From assembly GCA_046483385.1 (NCBI GenBank), contig JAWODG010000152.1, positions 9,744-73,743 on the forward strand: DNA of 64,000 nt, written 5' to 3'. Both the position numbers and the translations under genes were made by a program. Every line of letters starts with the position of its first letter. Within the stretch, counting starts at the first letter, position 1. Origin of the DNA: Candidatus Brocadiia bacterium. Lineage in GTDB: Bacteria; Planctomycetota; Brocadiia; SM23-32. The notes below the pieces were generated by a model, which saw only the letters and a list, made by a program, of their open reading frames with translations, ran no database searches and was not told the DNA's origin. Positions 1-8,091 of the stretch are shown piece after piece.

Positions 1-203
1 ACACCTCCCATCTGAAGATTCCCTCACAGGCTCGAAAGGTCTATTTTTCCACACCGGGGGAGACAACGCAACGCGGGCCGACCGATCCCGCACGCCGCCC
101 ACTGAAGGGCTCGGCCGACTGCACCTCAGCCTATCACAATCATGGACGACTTCCACCGGCCATCATGAGCAGTCCCCATCCTCCCGGCCCGCGGGAAGAA
201 TGG

Positions 204-247
204 CCAAAAGAAAAAGCACCACCCGCGCTTGTTAGCGCGGGTGGTGC
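204..247 (-). terminator. Rho-independent terminator downstream of the Skp-like gene
   Basis: On the minus strand, a perfect 13-bp GC-rich stem (GCACCACCCGCGC / GCGCGGGTGGTGC) with the 6-nt loop TAACAA is followed directly by TTTTTCTTTT. It begins about 20 nt after the stop codon at 266-268. Confidence 0.7.
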
Positions 248-265
248 CCGGAAGTCAACGCATCG

Positions 266-784
266 TCAGCGTCTGGGCAACTGCGGGCGCTGCTGCGGAC
301 GAGGCGATTGTTCGCCCTCCTCTGCCGCAGCCCCCTCAAAGGCCTTGATCAGGTGCTCGGAGACGTCCACTGTCTCGACGTCTTCGGCCGTGTAGGCAAT
401 CTCAACGGCGACAACCTTCACGTCCGCGGCCTCGGCGGCCTCCGGCAATGCCTCCTGGACGTCGCTCTGGAACTGCTGGATGATCTGGGCCTGTTGCTGG
501 GATATCTGTTGCTGGATCTGAGCCCTGGTCTGCTGATCAGCGCCCTCCACTTGCTGCTGAGCTTCCTGCACGGCGTTCATAAGTCGAGCGTGTCCGGGAT
601 GACTCTGGAACACGGCTTCAGCGTTATAGGTCCCCACTTTCAGGGTTGCCTCCTGCTCCGACTGTTCAGCCTCCTGCGGAAGCTCGATCTGCTGCGCACC
701 GGCCTGATGGACAAAACTTACTACGAGCCCCAGCACAACGGCGAGTGCCAGGGCTATTTTATACCACTTACTACGGGCAATCAT
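266..784 (-). CDS. OmpH/Skp-family periplasmic chaperone
   Basis: ORF 266..796 trimmed to the ATG at 784, which is preceded by GGAGGA. It has an N-terminal hydrophobic signal/anchor (WYKIALALAVVLGLVV..AGAQQ) and a Gln/Glu-rich coiled-coil core. The C-terminal segment VKVVAVEIAYTAEDVETVDVSEHLIKAF resembles the OmpH family. Confidence 0.62.
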   Translation of the reverse strand: MIARSKWYKIALALAVVLGLVVSFVHQAGAQQIELPQEAEQSEQEATLKVGTYNAEAVFQSHPGHARLMNAVQEAQQQVEGADQQTRAQIQQQISQQQAQIIQQFQSDVQEALPEAAEAADVKVVAVEIAYTAEDVETVDVSEHLIKAFEGAAAEEGEQSPRPQQRPQLPRR

Positions 785-855
785 TCGGTCCTCCACGGTT
801 GAACCTGAGTGCTCGATCAGACGTCATGGAGCGGAAGAAGTATTGAGGCCGCCGC

Positions 856-1137
856 TCACTCCGGCCACGCTTCAGTTTCACCCCCACCCGGCTGCGCCGG
901 TTCGGCCTCTTCGGGCTCCGCGGGGGTCAAGGTCTCTTCTTGTTCTTCCTCAGCTTCCTCTTCTTCGGCGGGCGCCGGCCACGCCTCTCGCTCCGGAGCG
1001 ACCTGCTCCCGCCGGGGCTGAGCCATTCCCGGAGCAGTCTCGCCCTCGTCCTCGCACCCCACCAGGGAGACTGCGCCCATCAGCATAAGACCAGAAACGA
1101 CAACTAAAGAAACTGCAATGTGGCTAATCCTCTTCAT
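856..1137 (-). CDS. Small acidic lipoprotein (hypothetical)
   Basis: ORF 856..1257 trimmed to the ATG at 1137. MKRISHIAVSLVVVSGLMLMGAVSLVGC carries an L-V-G-C lipobox and is followed by a Glu/Pro/Ala-rich tail. It lies on the same strand as, and just upstream of, the Skp-like gene. Confidence 0.5.
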   Translation of the reverse strand: MKRISHIAVSLVVVSGLMLMGAVSLVGCEDEGETAPGMAQPRREQVAPEREAWPAPAEEEEAEEEQEETLTPAEPEEAEPAQPGGGETEAWPE

Positions 1138-1686
1138 GGTGTTTCCCGAAATTTGTTTGAAGCTTTGCTCACGACCGAAACCAACTTCAGTGTCTTCCCC
1201 CCTGAGACGGAGGGTACCCGCGACGGCAACCTGTGCTTCCTGTGCGTTGGAGTACACCTCCTTTCGCCGGAGCTTCGAGAAAACGGTATCGGAGGGGTCG
1301 GCATTGACCCGCTACTATTTTGGTGTATCAGCGTCGCGGAATGTTCCATCTCTTTCTGCTTCCCTCCGGGCTTCTCCACTCTCTGCGGTCTCGATTCGCA
1401 GCGATCGTGCCACGTGACAGATGACGTAGGATCTGCGAATAAAAAGGGGAAGACACATAGCCGGAGGCGAGCCGACGGCCGGTCCGGGGACCTGCGATCC
1501 GGCGGTCGTTGCCTCTTCCAGCCGAGCGGGCAGGAACACAGCTCTCCCGAAGCATCTGCCGGGATATCTGTTTGCCCCGGACACGCGGGAAGGAGCCGGG
1601 CCCGTTGGACATCATCCATCAGGGTCCGGGGGGTGCATACACGGCCACCCCCCGAACAAACCCCGCTGTGCGGGTGGGGCCCCGCC

Positions 1687-4600
1687 TCAGCGCCGCACCT
1701 CGTAGTAATAGGTCGCGTAGCGGCCGTCGATGTCGAAGGTGTTGCCCTCGCGCTCGACCTCCCGGTCGGTGGGGACGCCGTAGATGTCCACCACGCGGAC
1801 CGATTCGATGGGCGGGCCGTCCAGTGTCAGAGTCGCCTGGACGGGCTCCATCATCAACGGCGGGGAGCCGACATCCAGCAGCTCGGAGCCGTCCATGGAG
1901 TAGCGGGCACCCTTCTGTTTGTCGCGGGCCATGGCGGTGATGAGGATGTGCTCCGACTCCGCGAGCGGCTTATCGTCCAGCGGGGTGAAGAGCAGGCTCA
2001 CGAACGGCGTCCGCACGTCCGCTTCCAGGGCGGGCAGCTCGAAGCTGCGGCCGCCCGCGAACCCGATGATGCCCTGTGTCTTGTCGGAGCGGACCGTCAC
2101 CACCTTCTTGCCATAGTCCCAGACCAGGTCGCCGGTCATGCTCTCGACCACGGCCTGCTGCTTATCCCAGTAGCGGTCCCAGTCCACCTTTTCTGGCGGA
2201 TCGACCTCCTCATCGATCTTGAGTGTAACCCGCCCGATGGCCAGCACCTCCTTCGGCGTGGCCAGGTTGCCGGTCAGCTCCTTCTGGTCGTAGCCCCCGC
2301 CGGTGAAATCCTGATTCAGCGCGTCAATGCCCTGGAAGATATCTTCCAGCTTCAACCGTCGCGCCGCGGCCGGAGGCGCCTGCTCGATGTGGTTGTTGTG
2401 GATGGAGAAAGCAAGAGCCGGGAACTGCCCCAGGTAGTGGGGCGTTTCGGTCACGTAGGAACGCAGACGGGGCCAGCCGCTGCCGAAACGCGGCGTGCTG
2501 CCGGCGAAGTGGGTGGAGGCGTCCCAGCCCTGCAACCCCATGCCGTAGAAGGCGAACAGAGGCGCGGCCTCCGCCTTCCACTGGTTCGGCGGCAATTGCG
2601 TCCACTCGGTCTTCATGAACGGCTTGTCGTCCACCTGGTACATGCCGGTGGAAAGTATCCGGCTTCCGGGCACGGGCATGTGGGATTCGTTGTTGACCTC
2701 GCCGGCCTCGATGTTGTGCCCTCCGGCGCCGCCACCGAAGTAGTTATGACGGCTGATGACCGTTTGGGCGTCGTCGGCCCAGATGTTGGCGGGGTCAGCC
2801 GCCGGCCCTCCCGCGCGCCAGGCGGTCGAGATGGTGCAGCCTTTGTAGCCGAGTTCCCGCAGGCGCCGTTCACGCTGCTCGTAGAAGGAACGCTGGGTCT
2901 CGGCCAGAAAACGGATGAAATCACCCATCCGTTGCCGCTCACGCGGGCGGACGTTTTCGCCGATAATGGGGCCTTCGGCGCCCATCTGCCAGGCGCCGTA
3001 GATGTCCATGTTCTCGTTATCGACGGAGTCGCCCGAACGCATCCCGTCGCCCCAGGCCTCCCGCAGTGCTTCGTCGCTACCGTAGCGCTCTTGCAGCCAT
3101 TCGGCCCATTTGCGCTTCAAGATGGCCGTGTGACGGGGCATCTCATCGCCGGCAGCCAGCGTATTGAGCGGGCTGTGGAAGAAAATGCAGTCTTCGTTGT
3201 GCGTCTCAACAATAGCCAGCGCCGGTTCATCGATGTAGCGGTTGCCCGTGTACGGATTCTCGTGCAGCAACAGGGTCTCGAGCCATTCCCATTGCGCATC
3301 CTGCAGTTGAGGCATGAGGTTGACCACGCCGCTCGTGCTTTTGCCCGCGCCCCGGTCCGGCAGTTCCTTGTAGAGCTCCTGCGGGTAGCCGTCTTCGGGC
3401 GTGATGATGTGGGGATAGAAGCAGGACCAGCACATGTAGATGCCGTTTTCCTTCAAGATGGCAAACCACCTGTCGAACTTGTCGAGGCGGTCCGGGTCCA
3501 ACCGCCGCTCCCCGGTCTGCGGGTCGGTTTGCAGCAGGCCGACCTCATGCTGGACGGTGTGACGACGCACGAGGTTGATGCCGTATTTGACGTAGAAGCG
3601 GGCCTGCTGGCGCTGGAGTTCGGGGTTGGCAGCCGGGCTGGCGCAGGTGCCCCAGAACTTCACCGGTTCCTCCGGCCGGTCGCTGAACACAAACCGGTCT
3701 CCATCTCTTTGCACAAAGCCGTGCTTCCCCGCGGGGATGCCGCTCCTTTGCTCAATGAGGGGGGTCATGTCGATGATGGAATCTTCGGAAAACTCATCGT
3801 CGCCGGGATAGAAGGGGAACCAGGTGTCCGGCCCGGCGTCCTCGGCCGGCTCTGGCTTGTCCAACCCACTGGGCGCCCAGGGAAAGCCGACAAACGTGAG
3901 GCAATCGATGCCGGTGTGGGCCTCGCCGTTTTCCGCCTCGACGCGAAAGGCTATCGAATGCCTGCCGGCATCGAAGTCAAAAGAGCCGAGCCGCACCCAC
4001 CCGATAGACCGGATGTCGATCCCCTGGCTAAGCAGGTTGTTCCGTTCCCGCACGTCGTCCAGCGGCACTGGCTCCCACGACCCACCGTCCAGCGCGCAGT
4101 ACAGTGCCTTGTTGCGCGGGTTGAGCCGGAGCCAACCGGTGTACGTTCCGGCTTCCGGAATGGTGAAATGGTATTCGGCTGTGGCAGGATTGTCGGAGTC
4201 GTAATGGGCCAGCCAGTCCCCACCGCTCAGCAGTTCCCGGTTGACATTGCTGCCGCTGTACCAGCCATGCTGGTTGAAGTTGTGGCGCGCGGGCTTCTCG
4301 CCCTCGACCCATACGTAGGTCCCATCGCCCGCACCACCGGCGGGTGCATCGCCTCCACTGGCGGCCCCGGCCTCAACTTCAGGCCTGGCGGTGCCGTCCG
4401 GCGTCCACGGGAAGTTCACCAGCGTAAGTGCGTCAATGCCGCCGTGGGACTCGCGCGGGCCCGCCTCCACCCGGATGGTCAAAACGTAGCGACCTGGTGA
4501 TAGGTCACACTCCCCAACCTCGAACCAGCCTATCCGGCGGATGTCCACCCCTTCCTCCAGAACCGATGTCGCGTCCACGACGTTCTTGGGATCAAGCGTT

Positions 4601-4911
4601 TCTGAGAGGTGGTCTCGTATGGTGATCTCGTGTTCTATCTCGAAGGGATTGCACCGGAGCCAAAGGCTGTAGGTGCCGCCTTCCTCGACGCGGAAGAAAT
4701 AATGTGCTTCCGCAGGATCGCTCTCGTCGTAGTGGCCCAGCCACTCGCCGCCGCTCAGCACGGACTTGTCCACCCCGCTGTTGGAATACCAGCCGTGCCG
4801 GTTGAAGCTGTGGGATGTGGCGTCCTCTCCCTCGATCCAGATGCTTTCGTCCGCCTGAACGGGCACGGCCAGAACCAGCAGTAACAGCACAACGGCCAGA
4901 CACTTTTTCAT
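1687..4911 (-). CDS. Secreted multi-domain glycoside hydrolase (clan GH-A-like TIM barrel) with two tandem N-terminal CBM-like repeats
   Basis: 1074-aa ORF with the signal peptide MKKCLAVVLLLLVLAVPVQA. Two tandem ~145-aa repeats share W[IV]EGE..HGWYS..LSGG.WL.HYD and GID.LT.V.FPW.P.G. The catalytic-like region contains an NE strand (IVETHNEDCIFF). The GH family cannot be assigned by eye. Confidence 0.65.
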   Translation of the reverse strand: MKKCLAVVLLLLVLAVPVQADESIWIEGEDATSHSFNRHGWYSNSGVDKSVLSGGEWLGHYDESDPAEAHYFFRVEEGGTYSLWLRCNPFEIEHEITIRDHLSETLDPKNVVDATSVLEEGVDIRRIGWFEVGECDLSPGRYVLTIRVEAGPRESHGGIDALTLVNFPWTPDGTARPEVEAGAASGGDAPAGGAGDGTYVWVEGEKPARHNFNQHGWYSGSNVNRELLSGGDWLAHYDSDNPATAEYHFTIPEAGTYTGWLRLNPRNKALYCALDGGSWEPVPLDDVRERNNLLSQGIDIRSIGWVRLGSFDFDAGRHSIAFRVEAENGEAHTGIDCLTFVGFPWAPSGLDKPEPAEDAGPDTWFPFYPGDDEFSEDSIIDMTPLIEQRSGIPAGKHGFVQRDGDRFVFSDRPEEPVKFWGTCASPAANPELQRQQARFYVKYGINLVRRHTVQHEVGLLQTDPQTGERRLDPDRLDKFDRWFAILKENGIYMCWSCFYPHIITPEDGYPQELYKELPDRGAGKSTSGVVNLMPQLQDAQWEWLETLLLHENPYTGNRYIDEPALAIVETHNEDCIFFHSPLNTLAAGDEMPRHTAILKRKWAEWLQERYGSDEALREAWGDGMRSGDSVDNENMDIYGAWQMGAEGPIIGENVRPRERQRMGDFIRFLAETQRSFYEQRERRLRELGYKGCTISTAWRAGGPAADPANIWADDAQTVISRHNYFGGGAGGHNIEAGEVNNESHMPVPGSRILSTGMYQVDDKPFMKTEWTQLPPNQWKAEAAPLFAFYGMGLQGWDASTHFAGSTPRFGSGWPRLRSYVTETPHYLGQFPALAFSIHNNHIEQAPPAAARRLKLEDIFQGIDALNQDFTGGGYDQKELTGNLATPKEVLAIGRVTLKIDEEVDPPEKVDWDRYWDKQQAVVESMTGDLVWDYGKKVVTVRSDKTQGIIGFAGGRSFELPALEADVRTPFVSLLFTPLDDKPLAESEHILITAMARDKQKGARYSMDGSELLDVGSPPLMMEPVQATLTLDGPPIESVRVVDIYGVPTDREVEREGNTFDIDGRYATYYYEVRR

Positions 4912-4988
4912 TGGAACTCCCCTGTGGACTCACCTATGGGCCGGGAAAGCTTCTCAACGGTCCGCAGACCTCGCGACCTGCTTCAGCC

Positions 4989-5017
4989 ACAATAAATAGC
5001 GCGGTTCCCAATGTCAA
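4989..5017 (-). promoter_or_regulatory. Sigma70-like promoter for the secreted glycosidase gene
   Basis: The minus strand reads TTGACA-N17-TATTGT, about 75 nt upstream of the ATG at 4911. Confidence 0.5.
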
Positions 5018-5172
5018 GGCGGACCGCGGCGGCGCCCGGCCCCGTACTGAGCGCCCGACGGCCAGCGGCACACGGACGAACACGGACGACGGCGGCCCTC
5101 ACGTTTGCCGCCCGCGGGGTCGGGTGGTATCCTCTCACGCTCACCCGCATCTTCTCGGAGGAAGCCTGACCC

Positions 5173-6720
5173 ATGGCCGACCAGCCGAACCTGCTTTTCA
5201 TCATGACCGACCAGCAGCGCTACGACGCCGCCGGCGTCAACGGCAAAGAAGTCATCCAAACGCCGAACATGGACCGCATCGCCCGCTCCGGCGTCAACGT
5301 GCGGGATTACTTCACCAACTGCCCGGTCTGCGTGCCCAGCCGCTGCACCCTGTTCACCGGCCGCTACCCCCACTCCCACCGCGTCCGGGAGAACCACAAC
5401 CTGCTGGAGGCCGGCCGGGAGATCCACCTTTTTCGCGTGCTGAAGCACGCCGGGTACTCCCTCGGTTACGTGGGCAAGAACCATCTGCTGGAAGACCCCG
5501 AGTGGGAGAACTTCGACTACACCGACGTCTGGGGCTACGACCACGAGATGGGGCCTGAGGAGCAAGAGACGCACAAGTTCGCCCGCAGCCGCCGCCACCC
5601 CATGCGCGAGATAGGCGTCTGGGCCGGCGCCACATTCCACGACCGGCCGCCGGAGTCCACCCGCCCCCACATCAAAGCCAGCTCCGCCATCGAGTTCCTG
5701 GAAGACCGTCCCGAGGACAAGCCGTTCTGCCTCTGCCTGTCCTTCTCCGACCCCCACGCCCCCCACATCGCGCTGGAGAAGTACCGGGACATGTACCCGC
5801 TGGAGGAGATGGAGCTGCACCCCACGCGGGAGGGCGAATTGGAGGAAAAGGCCAACCGCTTCACCGTCAAGGAGCGCGCCTCCCATGCGGACGTCGCCAC
5901 CGAGGAGCAGCGCCGCAACTTCATGGCCGTTTACTTCGGGATGATCTCCTGGGTGGACGAGCAGATAGGGCGCGTGCTGGACCGGCTGGAGACCGAGGGT
6001 CTGCTGGAAAACACCATCGTCGTGTTCACCAGCGACCACGGGGAGTTCTGCTTCGAGCACGGCATGTGCAAGAAGGACCTGGTGCTGCTGGACAGCCTGC
6101 TGCACGTGCCGCTGTTCATATCGTGGCCCGCCGGACTGGAGCCGGGCGAGGTCGCCGGCACGCTGGCCGAGGAGGTGGACGTGATGCCCACGTTGCTCGA
6201 GATGATGGACATCGAAGTGCCATACGGTGTCCAGGGGACTTCGCTGGTGCCGTGCCTGCGGGGCGAGGCCGACCAGCACAAGAGCACCGTTTACGGCGAG
6301 ATATGCCCGCCGTGGCTCTACAACCCGTATCCCGACTACGAGAGCTTCGTCGAATACTGGAACGAGAACATGGAGGGCACGCCCATCTTCAACATCCCGG
6401 GCGACTACACGAAGATGGCGCGAGACGACCAGTACAAGTACGTCTGGTACGGCAGCGGCGAGGAGGAGTTTTACGACCTGCGGGAGGACCCCCACGAGTG
6501 GTTCAACCTGGCCGACGATCCGGACCACGCCGAGGCCAAACACCGGATGCGGGACCGCCTGTTCGAATGGCACGTGCGGACCGAGGACCCGCTTGACCCG
6601 CTGTCGATCCGGCAGCTTCAAGCCGAATACGACAACTGGATCAGCGGCGCGGTGAGCCCGGGTTCGATGGCGGGACCGTACTGGCTCGACCTCCGCTTCC
6701 ATCCACCCGAGCGGGACTGA
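5173..6720 (+). CDS. Sulfatase (Cys-type, formylglycine-dependent), no signal peptide
   Basis: 515 aa. It has the N-terminal LLFIMTDQQRYD and the C-x-P-S-R signature in CPVCVPSRCTLFTGRYP. No hydrophobic N-terminus is present. Confidence 0.9.
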   Translation: MADQPNLLFIMTDQQRYDAAGVNGKEVIQTPNMDRIARSGVNVRDYFTNCPVCVPSRCTLFTGRYPHSHRVRENHNLLEAGREIHLFRVLKHAGYSLGYVGKNHLLEDPEWENFDYTDVWGYDHEMGPEEQETHKFARSRRHPMREIGVWAGATFHDRPPESTRPHIKASSAIEFLEDRPEDKPFCLCLSFSDPHAPHIALEKYRDMYPLEEMELHPTREGELEEKANRFTVKERASHADVATEEQRRNFMAVYFGMISWVDEQIGRVLDRLETEGLLENTIVVFTSDHGEFCFEHGMCKKDLVLLDSLLHVPLFISWPAGLEPGEVAGTLAEEVDVMPTLLEMMDIEVPYGVQGTSLVPCLRGEADQHKSTVYGEICPPWLYNPYPDYESFVEYWNENMEGTPIFNIPGDYTKMARDDQYKYVWYGSGEEEFYDLREDPHEWFNLADDPDHAEAKHRMRDRLFEWHVRTEDPLDPLSIRQLQAEYDNWISGAVSPGSMAGPYWLDLRFHPPERD

Positions 6721-6727
6721 CGTCCGT

Positions 6728-7927
6728 TCAGCCGCCGAGATAGGCGGTCAGGGCGGCCAGTGCGATGAGGATCAGTACGCCGATAGCGGCGACCACGAAG
6801 ATGATCCACAGGGCGGAACCCTCATCGCGCGAGGGGCCCGACACGATGGTGCTGTCCTGCCCCTGGCCGGGTGGCCGGTAGAGGGCGCGGTCGGCGGCGC
6901 TGAAGGGCGGCAGGGAGGAGGACCCATCCGGGCCGCCCCCCTCCTCCTCGAGCCCGCTTCCGTCCACGTCTTCCTCTTCGTCCACTTCCACGGATATGCC
7001 GGCACTCAACCGCTCCAGCAGTTTGACCAGCTTCTCGTCGTCCTCGCTGGTCGTGTAGGTCTCGCGGAAGTCCAGCGCCGTCACTTCATTGCCGGACTGG
7101 AGGTTGCGCAGGTCCTCCCGCAGGGTCTGGTAGTCTTGATAGCGGCGCTTGCGGGACTTGGCCATCATCTTGCAGATGACCTTGCTGACGGCCGCTGGCA
7201 GCTCGCGGCGTACCTTATACGGAGGCACGAGCTGCTCGGTCAGATGCCGGGTCACCACGTCCATGGGGTTGTCCCCGATGAACGGCGGGCGGCCCGTGAC
7301 CAGGTGATAGTAGCTGGCGCCGAGGGAGTAAATGTCGGCGCGCAGGTCCAGTTGGGCCGGCGAGCGGATCTGCTCCGGGCTCATGTAGTTGGGTGTGCCC
7401 ACCGTGTGCAGTTCCTGTGTGAGGGCGGCCACGCCCTTGATGGCCAGTTTGGCCAGCCCGAGGTCCGTCACCCGCACTCGTCCGTTGTTGTCCAGCATGA
7501 TGTTACTGGGCTTGACGTCACGATGGATGATGTCCTGCTCGGCCGCGTACTGGAGGGCGTCGGTGGTCTGGAGTACGATGTCGGTGGCGTCGCGCCACGG
7601 CATGCCGTCGGAATGCTCCCGCAGTATCTCCATGCAGTTCCGGCCGTCCACGTAGTCCATCACCATGAAGTGATAGCCGTCATTGACGCCGCAGTCGATG
7701 ACCCGGACGATGTTGGGGTGGTCCAGACGGGCGGCCATCCGCGCCTCACGCAGGAAACGTTCGGCGTACTCCGGCCGGCTTTCGCTGAGGCGCTTGCGCA
7801 GAACCTTCACCGCCACCAGCATGCCCAGTCCCTCGTGCTTGGCCAGGAACACCACGGCCGTCGCACCCTGACCGAGCTGGCGGATGACTTTACACTTGCC
7901 GAATTTTCCGGGTAACCCCTGTCCCAT
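6728..7927 (-). CDS. Ser/Thr protein kinase, C-terminally membrane-anchored
   Basis: Hanks kinase motifs are present: GQGATAVVFLAKH..VAVKVL, HRDVKPSNIML, DLGLAK and SPEQ. A single TM helix (WIIFVVAAIGVLILIALAALTAYL) sits at the extreme C-terminus. Confidence 0.9.
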   Translation of the reverse strand: MGQGLPGKFGKCKVIRQLGQGATAVVFLAKHEGLGMLVAVKVLRKRLSESRPEYAERFLREARMAARLDHPNIVRVIDCGVNDGYHFMVMDYVDGRNCMEILREHSDGMPWRDATDIVLQTTDALQYAAEQDIIHRDVKPSNIMLDNNGRVRVTDLGLAKLAIKGVAALTQELHTVGTPNYMSPEQIRSPAQLDLRADIYSLGASYYHLVTGRPPFIGDNPMDVVTRHLTEQLVPPYKVRRELPAAVSKVICKMMAKSRKRRYQDYQTLREDLRNLQSGNEVTALDFRETYTTSEDDEKLVKLLERLSAGISVEVDEEEDVDGSGLEEEGGGPDGSSSLPPFSAADRALYRPPGQGQDSTIVSGPSRDEGSALWIIFVVAAIGVLILIALAALTAYLGG

Positions 7928-7952
7928 CGGCTTCTCCGTTCAGCGCGCCGGT

Positions 7953-7981
7953 ATTATAGACAACGTGCCGACCCAAAACAA
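7953..7981 (-). promoter_or_regulatory. Sigma70-like promoter for the kinase gene
   Basis: The minus strand reads TTGTTT-N17-TATAAT, ending about 25 nt upstream of the ATG at 7927. Confidence 0.45.
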
Positions 7982-8005
7982 ACCACCGTCCGGCCGTCCG
8001 GCGCG

Positions 8006-8034
8006 TTGACCGGTCCCGGCTTTTCTGGTACTTT
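8006..8034 (+). promoter_or_regulatory. Sigma70-like promoter for the 597-aa secreted protein gene
   Basis: TTGACC-N17-TACTTT, about 55 nt upstream of the ATG at 8092, which is preceded by AAAAGAGG. Confidence 0.4.
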
Positions 8035-8091
8035 CGACGTAGTCTGCGCGCAATCGCGCACGGGGGTAATACTCATGCGAGGGAAAAGAGG

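Noticed and set aside
1-203. Possible gene start at the extreme left edge (a minus-strand ATG at position 11, preceded by GAGGGA) and the track ORF 165..395
   Set aside because: Only 11 nt of the putative minus-strand gene lie inside the window, so it cannot be supported. ORF 165..395 overlaps the terminator hairpin and the Skp-like gene on the opposite strand and has a shadow-ORF composition.
1120-4500. 1126-aa ORF on the plus strand
   Set aside because: It is antisense to the secreted glycosidase gene. Its translation is Arg/Gly/Pro/Ala/Val-rich with no recognisable domain. The minus-strand product has a signal peptide, internal repeats and catalytic-like motifs. It is a typical shadow ORF of a high-GC3 gene.
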